A stretch of 64,000 nucleotides of DNA from positions 32,001 to 96,000 of the forward strand of contig CAVSQB010000018.1 in NCBI GenBank assembly GCA_963729895.1. The letters are read 5' to 3'. Positions 55,798 to 64,000 of the stretch are shown one piece after another. Made by a program: the position numbers and the translations under genes. The DNA comes from an uncultured Fibrobacterota bacterium (GTDB lineage: Bacteria > Fibrobacterota > Chitinivibrionia > Chitinivibrionales > FEN-1185). Positions within the stretch are counted from its first letter, which is position 1, and each line of letters starts with the position of its first letter. The notes under the pieces were generated by a model. It saw only the letters and a program-made list of their open reading frames with translations. It had not been told where the DNA came from and made no database searches.

Positions 55798-56625
55798 GTG
55801 ATCGCCGACTATCACGTCCATACTGCTTACTGCGGGCACGCCCGGGGAAAGACCGTCGATTACATCGAAACAGCCATCGGCTTGGGCCTGTCGGAGATCG
55901 CCTTTACCGATCATCTTGGACGGTATTATCTTGCCCGAAACCAGCGCAAACGTTACTGGGACTGGGGCATGCGGGAGCGCAACGTTGCCCGCTATTTTTC
56001 GGAGGTACTTGACTTAAAGGAGGTTTACGAAGGCAGAATCTTGATCCGAGTCGGGCTGGAAATGGATTACGTGGAAGGCGCCGAGGACCTCGCCGAAGCT
56101 ATCGTCTCGCGCTACCCGTTCGATTTCTTGCTGGGATCCATTCACTGCCTGCCCGTACTCGGGTGGCGCCATATTTCCCAATACGTGAAAGCGGACCCGC
56201 GGCAGGTGTACCACGCCTATTTCGACGCCGTAGAGTCCGGGGTTCGTTCGAACCTGTTCCAGTCGCTCGCACACCTCGATTTTATCTGGCGGTATGTATC
56301 GTGGCCCGATGCGCCGCAGTCGCTCATGCGCGAATACATCTCGGGCGCGGCCCTGCTGGCTGCCAAGAACGATGTATGCATCGAAGTGAACGCGAACGGG
56401 TTCTTGTGGTCGCAGATGGATGACCTGAAGAACTACGATCTTTTCGACATGTTGCTTGATTCCCTCAAGAAGCACAATGCCGCCATTACCATCGGTTCCG
56501 ACGCACACGCGCCGGACTTGGTGGGCAAGGCGTTCCCACAGATCGTCGCCCTGCTCAAGAGTAAGGGGATCAATTCGTTTTCGCAGTTCGATCAGAAACA
56601 GCGGAAACAGGTGGCGCTGGGTTGA
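55798..56625 (+). CDS. Histidinol-phosphatase, HisJ/PHP family
   Basis: DYHVHT..CGHA, FTDH, GLEMDY, GSIH and IGSDAH. Confidence 0.85.
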   Translation: MIADYHVHTAYCGHARGKTVDYIETAIGLGLSEIAFTDHLGRYYLARNQRKRYWDWGMRERNVARYFSEVLDLKEVYEGRILIRVGLEMDYVEGAEDLAEAIVSRYPFDFLLGSIHCLPVLGWRHISQYVKADPRQVYHAYFDAVESGVRSNLFQSLAHLDFIWRYVSWPDAPQSLMREYISGAALLAAKNDVCIEVNANGFLWSQMDDLKNYDLFDMLLDSLKKHNAAITIGSDAHAPDLVGKAFPQIVALLKSKGINSFSQFDQKQRKQVALG

Positions 56626-56769
56626 AAGCTCCCGAAACCGGCAAGACTTTGTGGCTCCAAGCGATGGGAAAACTATAATTTGTGCGGTAGTTCTAAAATG
56701 AGTGAATTTGTTGTGGTGGTGAATTATATCAATGACTTGTGGTGTTTTGGGCTGTGGTTTCAAACCGAA

Positions 56770-56844
56770 AGGAATTACCGGTTTTTGACCGTATTTTCGT
56801 GATGGTTTGAACGGTTTTAGGCAGGAAATTACCGCGTTTTGACC
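56770..56844. repeat. Direct repeats, candidate transposase-binding sites
   Basis: AGGAATTACCGGTTTTTGACC (56770-56790) and AGGAAATTACCGCGTTTTGACC (56823-56844). Confidence 0.6.
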
Positions 56845-56938
56845 ATGCTTCAACGTCCAATTAAAGCGGCATTGAAAGCTTTATAATATAGAAGAGGACA
56901 TGGAGGCACGCGGGCGATCCGCGTGAGCTGGACTGTGG

Positions 56939-57601
56939 CTATCTGTTTGAACGTGTCACCGCTTTTTCGACAGTGGACCTCGGAACAAACCAAACAATCC
57001 TGACATACTTCTTTGAAATAAAATCCTTAAAAGCCCCTTTTAATTTTCCTCTTTGACAAAGGTATCTCACGTGATCCCTACTGATTCTTAGAGCCAGCGC
57101 CGTCTCATAGACTGACAAAAAAGGAGACTGATTTCCAAGTGAAAAAGCGTTGTGGTAATTACGGGCAAGGGAGAGAATATTGCCGTTTGATTTGCGCCAT
57201 AAAATACGATGATGAAGGACTGTCCCATAGGCAAGTCCGCTGATTTTACAAAAATCTTCCAACTCACGGCATGAGAGATCGCGAGTACGAAGCAATATTG
57301 GAACCCAACGGTCCACGTCCTCTTGTTGGGACGGATTTAGTGTTTTGTAAATTCGATCATTATTGAATTTTATCAAATCATCTTCACGGAAAGACTGATT
57401 TCCCGACGCTTGAAAATACTCCTCAAGACCAGGAATAAAGAAACCCGTCGCACGTATCCGGCATTTGCCGCGCTTTCCTGGAACGCGCTCCACAGGAAGA
57501 AACCCGCGACGCATCAAATCAGCCACAGTCTCCCGCTTAAGAAGGGTGAGCGCCGAGAACAAAGCTGGAGACACCCATAACTTGTTCTTTTCTTCTTCCA
57601 T
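56939..57601 (-). CDS. DNA-binding protein with multiple HTH-like segments; C-terminal excisionase-type HTH
   Basis: FLSVYETALALRISRDHVRYLCQRGKL..WFVP. The N-terminal part resembles MuA DNA-binding domains. Confidence 0.6.
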   Translation of the reverse strand: MEEEKNKLWVSPALFSALTLLKRETVADLMRRGFLPVERVPGKRGKCRIRATGFFIPGLEEYFQASGNQSFREDDLIKFNNDRIYKTLNPSQQEDVDRWVPILLRTRDLSCRELEDFCKISGLAYGTVLHHRILWRKSNGNILSLARNYHNAFSLGNQSPFLSVYETALALRISRDHVRYLCQRGKLKGAFKDFISKKYVRIVWFVPRSTVEKAVTRSNR

Positions 57602-57755
57602 ACCAGACACCTTTCTGCGTTCACGGTACCGGAGCGGCTGCCGTGAACAAACCTTCTTATCGTTTTTGCTGCTTGTGAAGAACATTTCCTCTCGAATTGA
57701 AGCAGCGCCGGGAAGGCCCGGCGCTGTAGAAAACAGTGTCCAGTTGCGCGCGAAA

Positions 57756-58436
57756 CTACTGCGCGCCTGCCGGCACCTTTGACCCAAACGGGTGAAGCCA
57801 TCTCTCTGTCGCGTATTGAAACTTCTCCGCACTCCAAAAATACAACTCCTCGTTTTCTTTGTGCCCAGAGCACGTTTCGTCGCGGTAGATTCCTCCCTGC
57901 ACAAACCTTGGAATCATTTGCAACGCGCCAGTCTCCGCAACGCATTCTGCAAACGAATATGGCCGCGACATCCCCATTGAAATACGCTTCTTAATCAACC
58001 GTTCCACGATCCCCCCGAGAATCGCGGCCTGCTCGTTGTATTCATCCATGATAGCAAACATCTGCAAGGTCGCCAGCTCGTCGTTTTTCTCCTTGACGTA
58101 GGGAGCGACCTTTTCCATCTCCTCTGTCTTTTCAATCAGGAGAGCGTTCATTCCCGCCGCCTTATCTCCGGCCGCGTCAAGTTCGCGCTGGAGCTTCTCA
58201 ACCTGTTTCTCGACTGTAGCGGTGTTTTCCCCGAGGGCCGTGAGGCGCTGGCGCTCGCGCTTTGAACTTTCAAGAGCCGTTGTCAACTCGGAAACCTTTG
58301 CCTCGACGCCGGGCAGCTCATTTTTCAGCCTGCCAATTTCCTGCGCAAGCTTCTGCGCTTTGCTCTCTGCGGCCTTGACCTCCTCGGCGAACTTGGCGGC
58401 CGAGGCCATTGTGTCCCCGAACTTTAATTCTTTCAT
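57756..58436 (-). CDS. Coiled-coil hypothetical protein
   Basis: Long heptad-rich helical N-terminal two-thirds; AAGGAAG RBS. Confidence 0.7.
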   Translation of the reverse strand: MKELKFGDTMASAAKFAEEVKAAESKAQKLAQEIGRLKNELPGVEAKVSELTTALESSKRERQRLTALGENTATVEKQVEKLQRELDAAGDKAAGMNALLIEKTEEMEKVAPYVKEKNDELATLQMFAIMDEYNEQAAILGGIVERLIKKRISMGMSRPYSFAECVAETGALQMIPRFVQGGIYRDETCSGHKENEELYFWSAEKFQYATERWLHPFGSKVPAGAQ

Positions 58437-58488
58437 AGACAGCTTCCTTTCCTTTGTGGAATGTTTTAAAGCCTTCCATTCGGCGTTA

Positions 58489-58857
58489 TTATGACACCTC
58501 AGTCACAGACGGAATACCTGAGAGTAGTCTCTCCAGCGCAGCCTTTTCGGCGTCGTTCGCGGGGGAGTAAAAGGGGCCTTCCGAGAACTTGATTCCCGCC
58601 GCACGTCGATTTCCTTCAACCAGGGCGTCCCCGGTTTTTTTGTCCCCCGTCGACCTGACAAGGGCTCTCATTTTCTCAATGTCCCATTCTCCCGCGTCGT
58701 TAAGTTTTTTGATTCCTGCGAGGAGGGCCGGACCGTTGTTGTATAGATGTAATACCTCGAAGAGGAGCTTTTGGAACTGGTCACTATCAACTTGGGTCCA
58801 TGACGGCCCTTTAACGACTTCCTTGCTCTTTTGTGCGTTTCTGCGCTCATTGTTCAT
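58489..58857 (-). CDS. Hypothetical protein
   Basis: GGAG RBS; ATGA overlap with the Mor gene. Confidence 0.65.
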   Translation of the reverse strand: MNNERRNAQKSKEVVKGPSWTQVDSDQFQKLLFEVLHLYNNGPALLAGIKKLNDAGEWDIEKMRALVRSTGDKKTGDALVEGNRRAAGIKFSEGPFYSPANDAEKAALERLLSGIPSVTEVS

Positions 58858-59213
58858 TGGTGCTTTTCTCCATCTTTAAAAGGTGTTTGACGAGGCGGTA
58901 CCGCGCCTTTATTCTTGCGCCGCGCGTCCTCATGCTCCACGATTTCATAGACATGACGTAGCGAAACATTACAGGCGCGGGCAAGGGCTTTCGCGTTTGA
59001 ACCGTTAAACCTGTCAACGATAAACCTCTCTGCGACCTTGTACGTTGCTCGCTTCGGGACAATTATGTTCATGCCCGCGCATTGTTTCACAAGAGCAACG
59101 GCGACATCGTTTCCGCATGAAGCCGAAACGTCCGCAAGATCGTTGTTCGGCATTTCGGCGGCCGTCATTCCGGCGACCGCCGTCTCGAATTCCGCTTTCA
59201 GGTTGTCGCTCAC
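58854..59213 (-). CDS. Mor/C family transcription activator
   Basis: G..VAVALVKQCAGMNIIVPK..FNGSNAKALARACNVSLRHVYEIV; GTG after AAGGGG. Confidence 0.85.
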   Translation of the reverse strand: MSDNLKAEFETAVAGMTAAEMPNNDLADVSASCGNDVAVALVKQCAGMNIIVPKRATYKVAERFIVDRFNGSNAKALARACNVSLRHVYEIVEHEDARRKNKGAVPPRQTPFKDGEKHQ

Positions 59214-59271
59214 GTCCCCTTTTCCCTTTCGTTGAGCAAAAGCCCTCAAAGTGGAGGGCCTGTTTTCGTCA

Positions 59272-60384
59272 TCAAACCTCTGTAACCGTAATGTCGCTTT
59301 CATCCGCCCAAAAATGCCGGTAAGTCGGCGGATTCCCCGCAGGATCGCAGGTGACAATTCCTACCGGAGAGGTGCAATCGCCACCAAGGAGCCCGTTGTT
59401 AAATGAAATTTGTGCGAACTGCGTCGGGTCCAGCACAACGCCAATTCCAAGACTCTGGATGTAGGCGCAGACGGCGGCCGAGAAGGCGTCCTCTGTTGCC
59501 TGTAGTGTCCCGGCGGGAACGGTAAGCGATATGGGTTCAATCAACTTTGCCGCTGCGCTGACCGAAAGATCGTACCCCATTATTTGACAAAGGCTCTCCG
59601 CGTCGGAAGAGACCGCAGCAATGAGCGCCGCGCTCGGTTCGTTTTCCATCCAGCTGCAAGGGCTGTCCGAAGTGATGGCAACGTCTATCGTTCCCAGGCC
59701 ACGCGGATTGGCGGCGCAGAAGACAAGGTTCACGCGCTCAACATAGGAGGTCGGATTCCATTCGCGCCACGTTACGTTATTGTCAACCACTAAACTGCCG
59801 GGTTCAACCGTCCACGCCGGGGCAAGGGCGCCCGAAGTTCCTCCTACGGTGCAAATATATAAATGCCCGTTGGAAGTGGAAGGGGACATTGACGGAGAGG
59901 CGTAAATTGGAACCGGAACGTTGCACAGGAGGGCTGCTGAATTCCGCGTATAGCCATTGCTGTAGCCAATGATTGCCTTGTTACCGCCTGGGATAAGGGG
60001 CATGCAGACTTGTCCCGCGACGTAAACGGTCTGCGGCTGCCATGCTTGCCAATTCGAAACGCTCACCGCATTTGCCCATCTCTTGAAGTCCTGTGTGATA
60101 TCGCGCGGTCTTCGAAGAATGGATAGAAAACGGTTGAAGAAGTCGCTTGCAGATTCTCCTGGTGCAGGAGCGATTCCGAATCGTGCAGCGTAGCTGGCGA
60201 GCCCTTGTCCTGCGCTTCCAATGTCCGACACGTATTGTTGCATGTTGTAAAGCCCGAAAAGGGCCAATTCCTGACTTGCAATGGCTTGGTATCGAGGCGA
60301 TCCCGGCGCAACACTGATGCTCGGATGCACACTCGAATAGTCCGCGCAAGCGCTCGCGACCAGTGCGTTGAGGGTCAAAGCCAT
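59272..60384 (-). CDS. Baseplate J/Mu gp47-like protein with an inserted Trp-rich domain
   Basis: GLY..QQYV, GESASDFFNRFLSILRRP..DFKRWA, PRGLGTIDV and PSAALIAAV; ATG after AAGGAG. Confidence 0.7.
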   Translation of the reverse strand: MALTLNALVASACADYSSVHPSISVAPGSPRYQAIASQELALFGLYNMQQYVSDIGSAGQGLASYAARFGIAPAPGESASDFFNRFLSILRRPRDITQDFKRWANAVSVSNWQAWQPQTVYVAGQVCMPLIPGGNKAIIGYSNGYTRNSAALLCNVPVPIYASPSMSPSTSNGHLYICTVGGTSGALAPAWTVEPGSLVVDNNVTWREWNPTSYVERVNLVFCAANPRGLGTIDVAITSDSPCSWMENEPSAALIAAVSSDAESLCQIMGYDLSVSAAAKLIEPISLTVPAGTLQATEDAFSAAVCAYIQSLGIGVVLDPTQFAQISFNNGLLGGDCTSPVGIVTCDPAGNPPTYRHFWADESDITVTEV

Positions 60385-60451
60385 GTTCTCTCCTTCGTCC
60401 AGTCTTAGGCTCGTCTGTCTACGGTCATTGCACGAAGCTCCCGCGCCCGCG

Positions 60452-60586
60452 TCACCACTGTTCGAGAAGCGCCTCGGCCGCGAAGTCCTTTTTTGCCTCG
60501 ACAAGCACGGCCACCGAGTGACAAATCACCGCCTCCAGGATCGCGCAGTCCGGCCCAAATGGGTTTTTCTTGATTTCAGGGTCCAT
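60452..60586 (-). CDS. Small hypothetical protein (44 aa, MDPEIKKNPF..)
   Basis: Strong AGGAGGA RBS; below the ORF-track size cut-off. Confidence 0.5.
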   Translation of the reverse strand: MDPEIKKNPFGPDCAILEAVICHSVAVLVEAKKDFAAEALLEQW

Positions 60587-60598
60587 TCTATTTTCCTC

Positions 60599-61222
60599 CT
60601 ATGCGTTTACAAACAGCCAATCGCATTTTGGCGAGCCCTGGTCGGAAAAAGCCGCCTGCAGGTTCGCGTCGGACTCGACGCCGGTGCCGGTCACGCGCAC
60701 CGTGAACATTGAGGTGCCGGGATCGTTGAAATACACGGGGTCGCCCACCTTGCCGACTCCCACCCGGAACGGCCGGAAGAGGCCGTCCTCAATCAAAATC
60801 CACTTCGGCTGCGTATTGTCCGTCGAGTACCCGAGGGCCTGCGCAATTGAATAGAATTGCGCTCTGCAAAGCCTGGTGCCTGTGGCTTGCACGGTCTTCA
60901 CGCCGCCGCTGTCGCTTGCAGGGATTGTCGGCGTGAGGCCCGCGCGAATCTTCGCAACAACAACGCCCGCGCGCTGTTGATCGGTCATGCCCGGGTCTGG
61001 CGTGATTCCGTAGACGCGTTCCCAATCCGCAAGCGACCCGAGAACGGGATCAGAGGTCGCCGTGTCGGGAAACAACTCCTTGTGAAGACGCGTAGCTTGA
61101 TCCTCCGCGCGATCCAGCGCGAGGCCCTCGATGTCGAGGTCCGCGTCGAGGTCGCCGCCGAGAGGAAGCGGAAAGAGCTGCTTCAAAACGCCGTAGTGTC
61201 TGCTCTGCGGAACGTACCCCAT
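60599..61222 (-). CDS. Mu gp48/YmfQ (DUF2313)-like baseplate wedge protein
   Basis: LKQLFP, ELFPDTA..LADWERVYGI, QRAGVVVAKI, FYSIAQALGY and PFRVG..GDP. Confidence 0.8.
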   Translation of the reverse strand: MGYVPQSRHYGVLKQLFPLPLGGDLDADLDIEGLALDRAEDQATRLHKELFPDTATSDPVLGSLADWERVYGITPDPGMTDQQRAGVVVAKIRAGLTPTIPASDSGGVKTVQATGTRLCRAQFYSIAQALGYSTDNTQPKWILIEDGLFRPFRVGVGKVGDPVYFNDPGTSMFTVRVTGTGVESDANLQAAFSDQGSPKCDWLFVNA

Positions 61223-61573
61223 TGCTTGCCTTTCGTTACCGGCCCGCAGGCCGGTTGATTTCATCCAAACAGGTGCCCAAAACGGCCCCTTTTTCGCTAC
61301 TTTCTTTCAAAACCCGGCTTTTGCCGGTCACCCGACCCTTCCAGCTCGTTCAAACCCCGTTTAATCGTGTTCAATTTCAACGATCTCAATTTTTGCGCCC
61401 CTTTGCTCGCCGGAGGTCGAGATCGTCGATTCTAAGGCCGTTTATCGCGTTCCAGCGCCGGTCGATTTTGAAGGAATCGGCCGCTGTCCGGATTCGCGGA
61501 CCTATTTTTCTCAAAAAGGGCTGACTTTTAAACATTATTGAAGATTCCTTAAATCGAGCGTTATACCGACCGT

Positions 61574-61828
61574 TCAATCGAGATTGCCGGACGCGGTCCT
61601 CGTCAAACTTACCCTTGCGCCGTCCATCTTTGGCTTTAACGCCTTGTCCACCGAAAGCAAGAAGCGCTGCCACTGATAATGGAGACCATTTCCGACCGTA
61701 TGGTCATGGTCGTTACACAGGTCCACTGCACTATCTATGCATGCGTCCATAATGTAGAAATCCTCAAGGAGTTCGTCTATATCGGAAATCGTGTTCGGGT
61801 CTCTGTGCGCTGTTTTTCCTTTACTCAT
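61574..61828 (-). CDS. Hypothetical protein
   Basis: AGGGGG RBS; co-oriented with the element genes. Confidence 0.55.
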   Translation of the reverse strand: MSKGKTAHRDPNTISDIDELLEDFYIMDACIDSAVDLCNDHDHTVGNGLHYQWQRFLLSVDKALKPKMDGARVSLTRTASGNLD

Positions 61829-61888
61829 GATATTCCCCCTCTGAAAAGGTGACTCGATAACAGTGCTTCCGCCGCCGTGAGACAATTC

Positions 61889-62161
61889 CTACACTCCCAC
61901 GCAAAACAGGCTTATCCCCGGATCAGCGTCGAGCGCGGCCGAGGCCACCTTGTGAAGCGTCGAACCGTTGCCATAGAAGACCGCCGAGTCCGTTGCCCCA
62001 AAGACCTGGTGCGTATTGCCGCGTGCCACTTCGCCGCCTTCTCCCATCTGCGCCGCCACAATCACGGAGCGCTCGTTAAGCGCTCCCGAGTCGTACGCGT
62101 CCCGCACGGCCGCGGCCAGGGCGTCGAGGATAACCTGATTTCCCGTCTTCGGTTTCGACAT
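61889..62161 (-). CDS. Hypothetical protein
   Basis: GGAGGGG RBS; co-oriented with the element genes. Confidence 0.55.
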   Translation of the reverse strand: MSKPKTGNQVILDALAAAVRDAYDSGALNERSVIVAAQMGEGGEVARGNTHQVFGATDSAVFYGNGSTLHKVASAALDADPGISLFCVGV

Positions 62162-62472
62162 TTCCCCCTCCAATTTGTTAAGGTTTTAGAAACGGACGGG
62201 CAGCTCGCCCGGCCTGTTACCGCCGCTGCTGTCACGCTCGTGCATGCAGCAGACCGCCCGCCGTTGATGTTCGATAAAAAACCGCCCCGACACGAGGGCG
62301 CGGAAGCACCTCATGGATTTTGGTGTCGGGTCCTTTCGGAACCCGAAAACGCCTTGCGCCGGAGCGGGTACAAGGCCGCGAACGGCTAATACGCGGCCGA
62401 TTCCCGGACGCGGGGGCCAAATCCCGGCCGTCCCTGTTTAAAAGCTGGTTGAATCATAAATAAATCCACTCT

Positions 62473-63378
62473 TTACGAAAGCAACACATCCGCCGCGCGC
62501 CGCACGACCTGGCGCGAAATCTCCATGTTGTTCAAGTCTGCAATATGCCTTGACATCCGGCACAACTTCGAGAGCCGCCGGGCGTTCTCGTTGCACAGTT
62601 TCCAGTATTCCGGCCAGAGATCGCCCGCCGAAGGTACGGCCGCGCGCACGAGTTTCTCGGCGTCTGACTGGCAAATATTGTCAACCCGGATCGCCAGGCC
62701 AACGCGGGAATACAATTGGGAGTGTTCGCCGCGACGGCCCCGCAGCGTTTCAATGAGGCGAGGCATGCCAATAAGCACAACGCAAATACCCGCGAGGTCA
62801 TGGAGGCGACGCGCCAAACCCAACACTTTTACGCTTACATTTTCCGCTTCGTCAAGAATGCAAATTCTGTCGGAACCCTTCAGCCGCTTCACCGCATTGT
62901 CAAAGAGATCGTAGAGAGGCATATTGACGGAGAGGCCGAGCACGGCATTGATCTTGCGAAATACGTGACTCGGGCTGTATCCTGAGGCGGCTTCAATCAA
63001 CAGGGCATTTTTGTTGACATTTGCAAAGATGTGTGTCGAACACGTTTTTCCAATTCCGCTCTCGCCATATACAACAATAATGTCGCGCTGCGCAGCACCG
63101 AGGGAGATTGCCTCACAGATCCTTTTGGTGACTGTGGTTTCCACAAGTTCTTCGGAAACGTCCGCCGTTCCCTTTTCCGCGCGTACTTTCGCTATGCCCG
63201 CGAGAATCCGTTCGCCGAGTTTCGGCAAGCTTCCGACTGCCTTATAATCAAGGACCGTGTGGACCTCGGCCGGAGACAAGCCGAGCAGCTCCCCGGCCTT
63301 CTGCTCGGATATGCCTTTCGCTTTTGCAAAGCTGCGAAGCTCAAAAAGGACGCGGGAAGAGTAAGAGGTCTTTTTCAT
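62473..63378 (-). CDS. MuB-like AAA+ transposition ATPase
   Basis: N-terminal HTH, Walker A GESGIGKT, Walker B ILDEAE, LARRLHD, VLIGMPRL and QLYSRVG. Confidence 0.9.
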   Translation of the reverse strand: MKKTSYSSRVLFELRSFAKAKGISEQKAGELLGLSPAEVHTVLDYKAVGSLPKLGERILAGIAKVRAEKGTADVSEELVETTVTKRICEAISLGAAQRDIIVVYGESGIGKTCSTHIFANVNKNALLIEAASGYSPSHVFRKINAVLGLSVNMPLYDLFDNAVKRLKGSDRICILDEAENVSVKVLGLARRLHDLAGICVVLIGMPRLIETLRGRRGEHSQLYSRVGLAIRVDNICQSDAEKLVRAAVPSAGDLWPEYWKLCNENARRLSKLCRMSRHIADLNNMEISRQVVRRAADVLLS

Positions 63379-63381
63379 GGG

Positions 63382-64000
63382 TTAGCCCGCCCGCTTTTGT
63401 TCTTTGTCGGATTCAAGAATAGGAAGTTGACGCTCCACACCGTTTTCCCGGTTCCAGATTTCGCGATTGTGTGGGTCCTGGAGCCAAATTTCCTGATCGG
63501 TATCGGTCAAAAAGTACGGGATTTCCTCGCGTCCCTTCGGGGGAACGAGGTGGCTAATGTCGAAGGTTCCCCGTTCATCGAGGAACTTCTTTTCCTTGAC
63601 AATCCGGTCATATTTAGAATTGGGCAAGCGGTGAATCTTTGGATTTGCTTCGACCGCACCGCCCGAAGTTTCTTGCGTTGCGAGCTTCATTCTGGAAACG
63701 TGGTCGGCAATGCTTGTGGAGTGTGCGGAATTGGCAAACGCTTTTGTGATTCTGAGGTCTTTGCGTTTTGCGGCAAGTGCGCTTCGAAGCTGTGCGATGT
63801 CTGCCGGACCATCCACAAACGCTTTCGCGGTGAGTTGCCCCTCATGGGCGATGCAAATAAACTCTTCAGTAACGGCATCAAAAATCCATGCAATTCCAAG
63901 ATTTTTTTGGTCGCGCCTCATGTAGACTTTTTTTCCCTTCATGCCCGAAAAGGCTTCCGCCCAATAGTGCAGGCCATACTTGCTGTCCGTCAATCCGTTC
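63382..64000 (-). CDS. Mu-like transposase, C-terminal part (5' truncated by window edge)
   Basis: NG..YW..GKKVYMRRD..LGIAWIFD..FIC.A beta-barrel segment, directly upstream of MuB. Confidence 0.8.
   Translation of the reverse strand, partial: NGLTDSKYGLHYWAEAFSGMKGKKVYMRRDQKNLGIAWIFDAVTEEFICIAHEGQLTAKAFVDGPADIAQLRSALAAKRKDLRITKAFANSAHSTSIADHVSRMKLATQETSGGAVEANPKIHRLPNSKYDRIVKEKKFLDERGTFDISHLVPPKGREEIPYFLTDTDQEIWLQDPHNREIWNRENGVERQLPILESDKEQKRAG

Larger units (their letters stand above)
56681..64000 (-). mobile_element. Mu-like transposable element/prophage, one end (continues beyond window)
   Basis: MuA C-terminus, MuB, gp48-like, baseplate J-like and Mor genes all on the minus strand. Candidate terminal TGT at 56681 with nearby direct repeats; exact boundary is tentative. 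Confidence 0.8.

Noticed and set aside
59272..61222. Tailocin, eCIS or T6SS locus
   Set aside because: No sheath, tube or spike genes; the wedge genes are embedded among Mu transposition genes.

Overview
A GC-rich bacterial chromosome window. The protein families (T9SS-like C-terminal tails on secreted CAZymes, a tandem-GntR/sugar-sensor regulator, short ParE/ParC) suggest Fibrobacterota, probably Chitinivibrionales-like; this is inference. Housekeeping genes include cyclophilin, acyltransferase, pgi, yjbQ, a class A PBP, parE/parC, purB and a HisJ-family phosphatase. The accessory parts are: (i) a radical SAM/SPASM enzyme coupled to a secreted protein with two XYG motifs; (ii) an EIIA-diadenylate cyclase fusion; (iii) a ~25 kb xylose/glycan locus (15.4-40.5 kb) with no SusC/SusD but two paralogous predicted outer-membrane barrels; (iv) complete IS4 and IS5 elements with target duplications; (v) the end of a Mu-like transposable element (56.7-64 kb), in which MuA/MuB are followed only by two baseplate-wedge genes, Mor and a few small ORFs. 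The intergenic DNA holds several recurring structured modules with compensatory base changes, clustered in mosaic nests. No rRNA, tRNA or CRISPR array was seen. All family calls come from motif recognition by eye; no searches were run.
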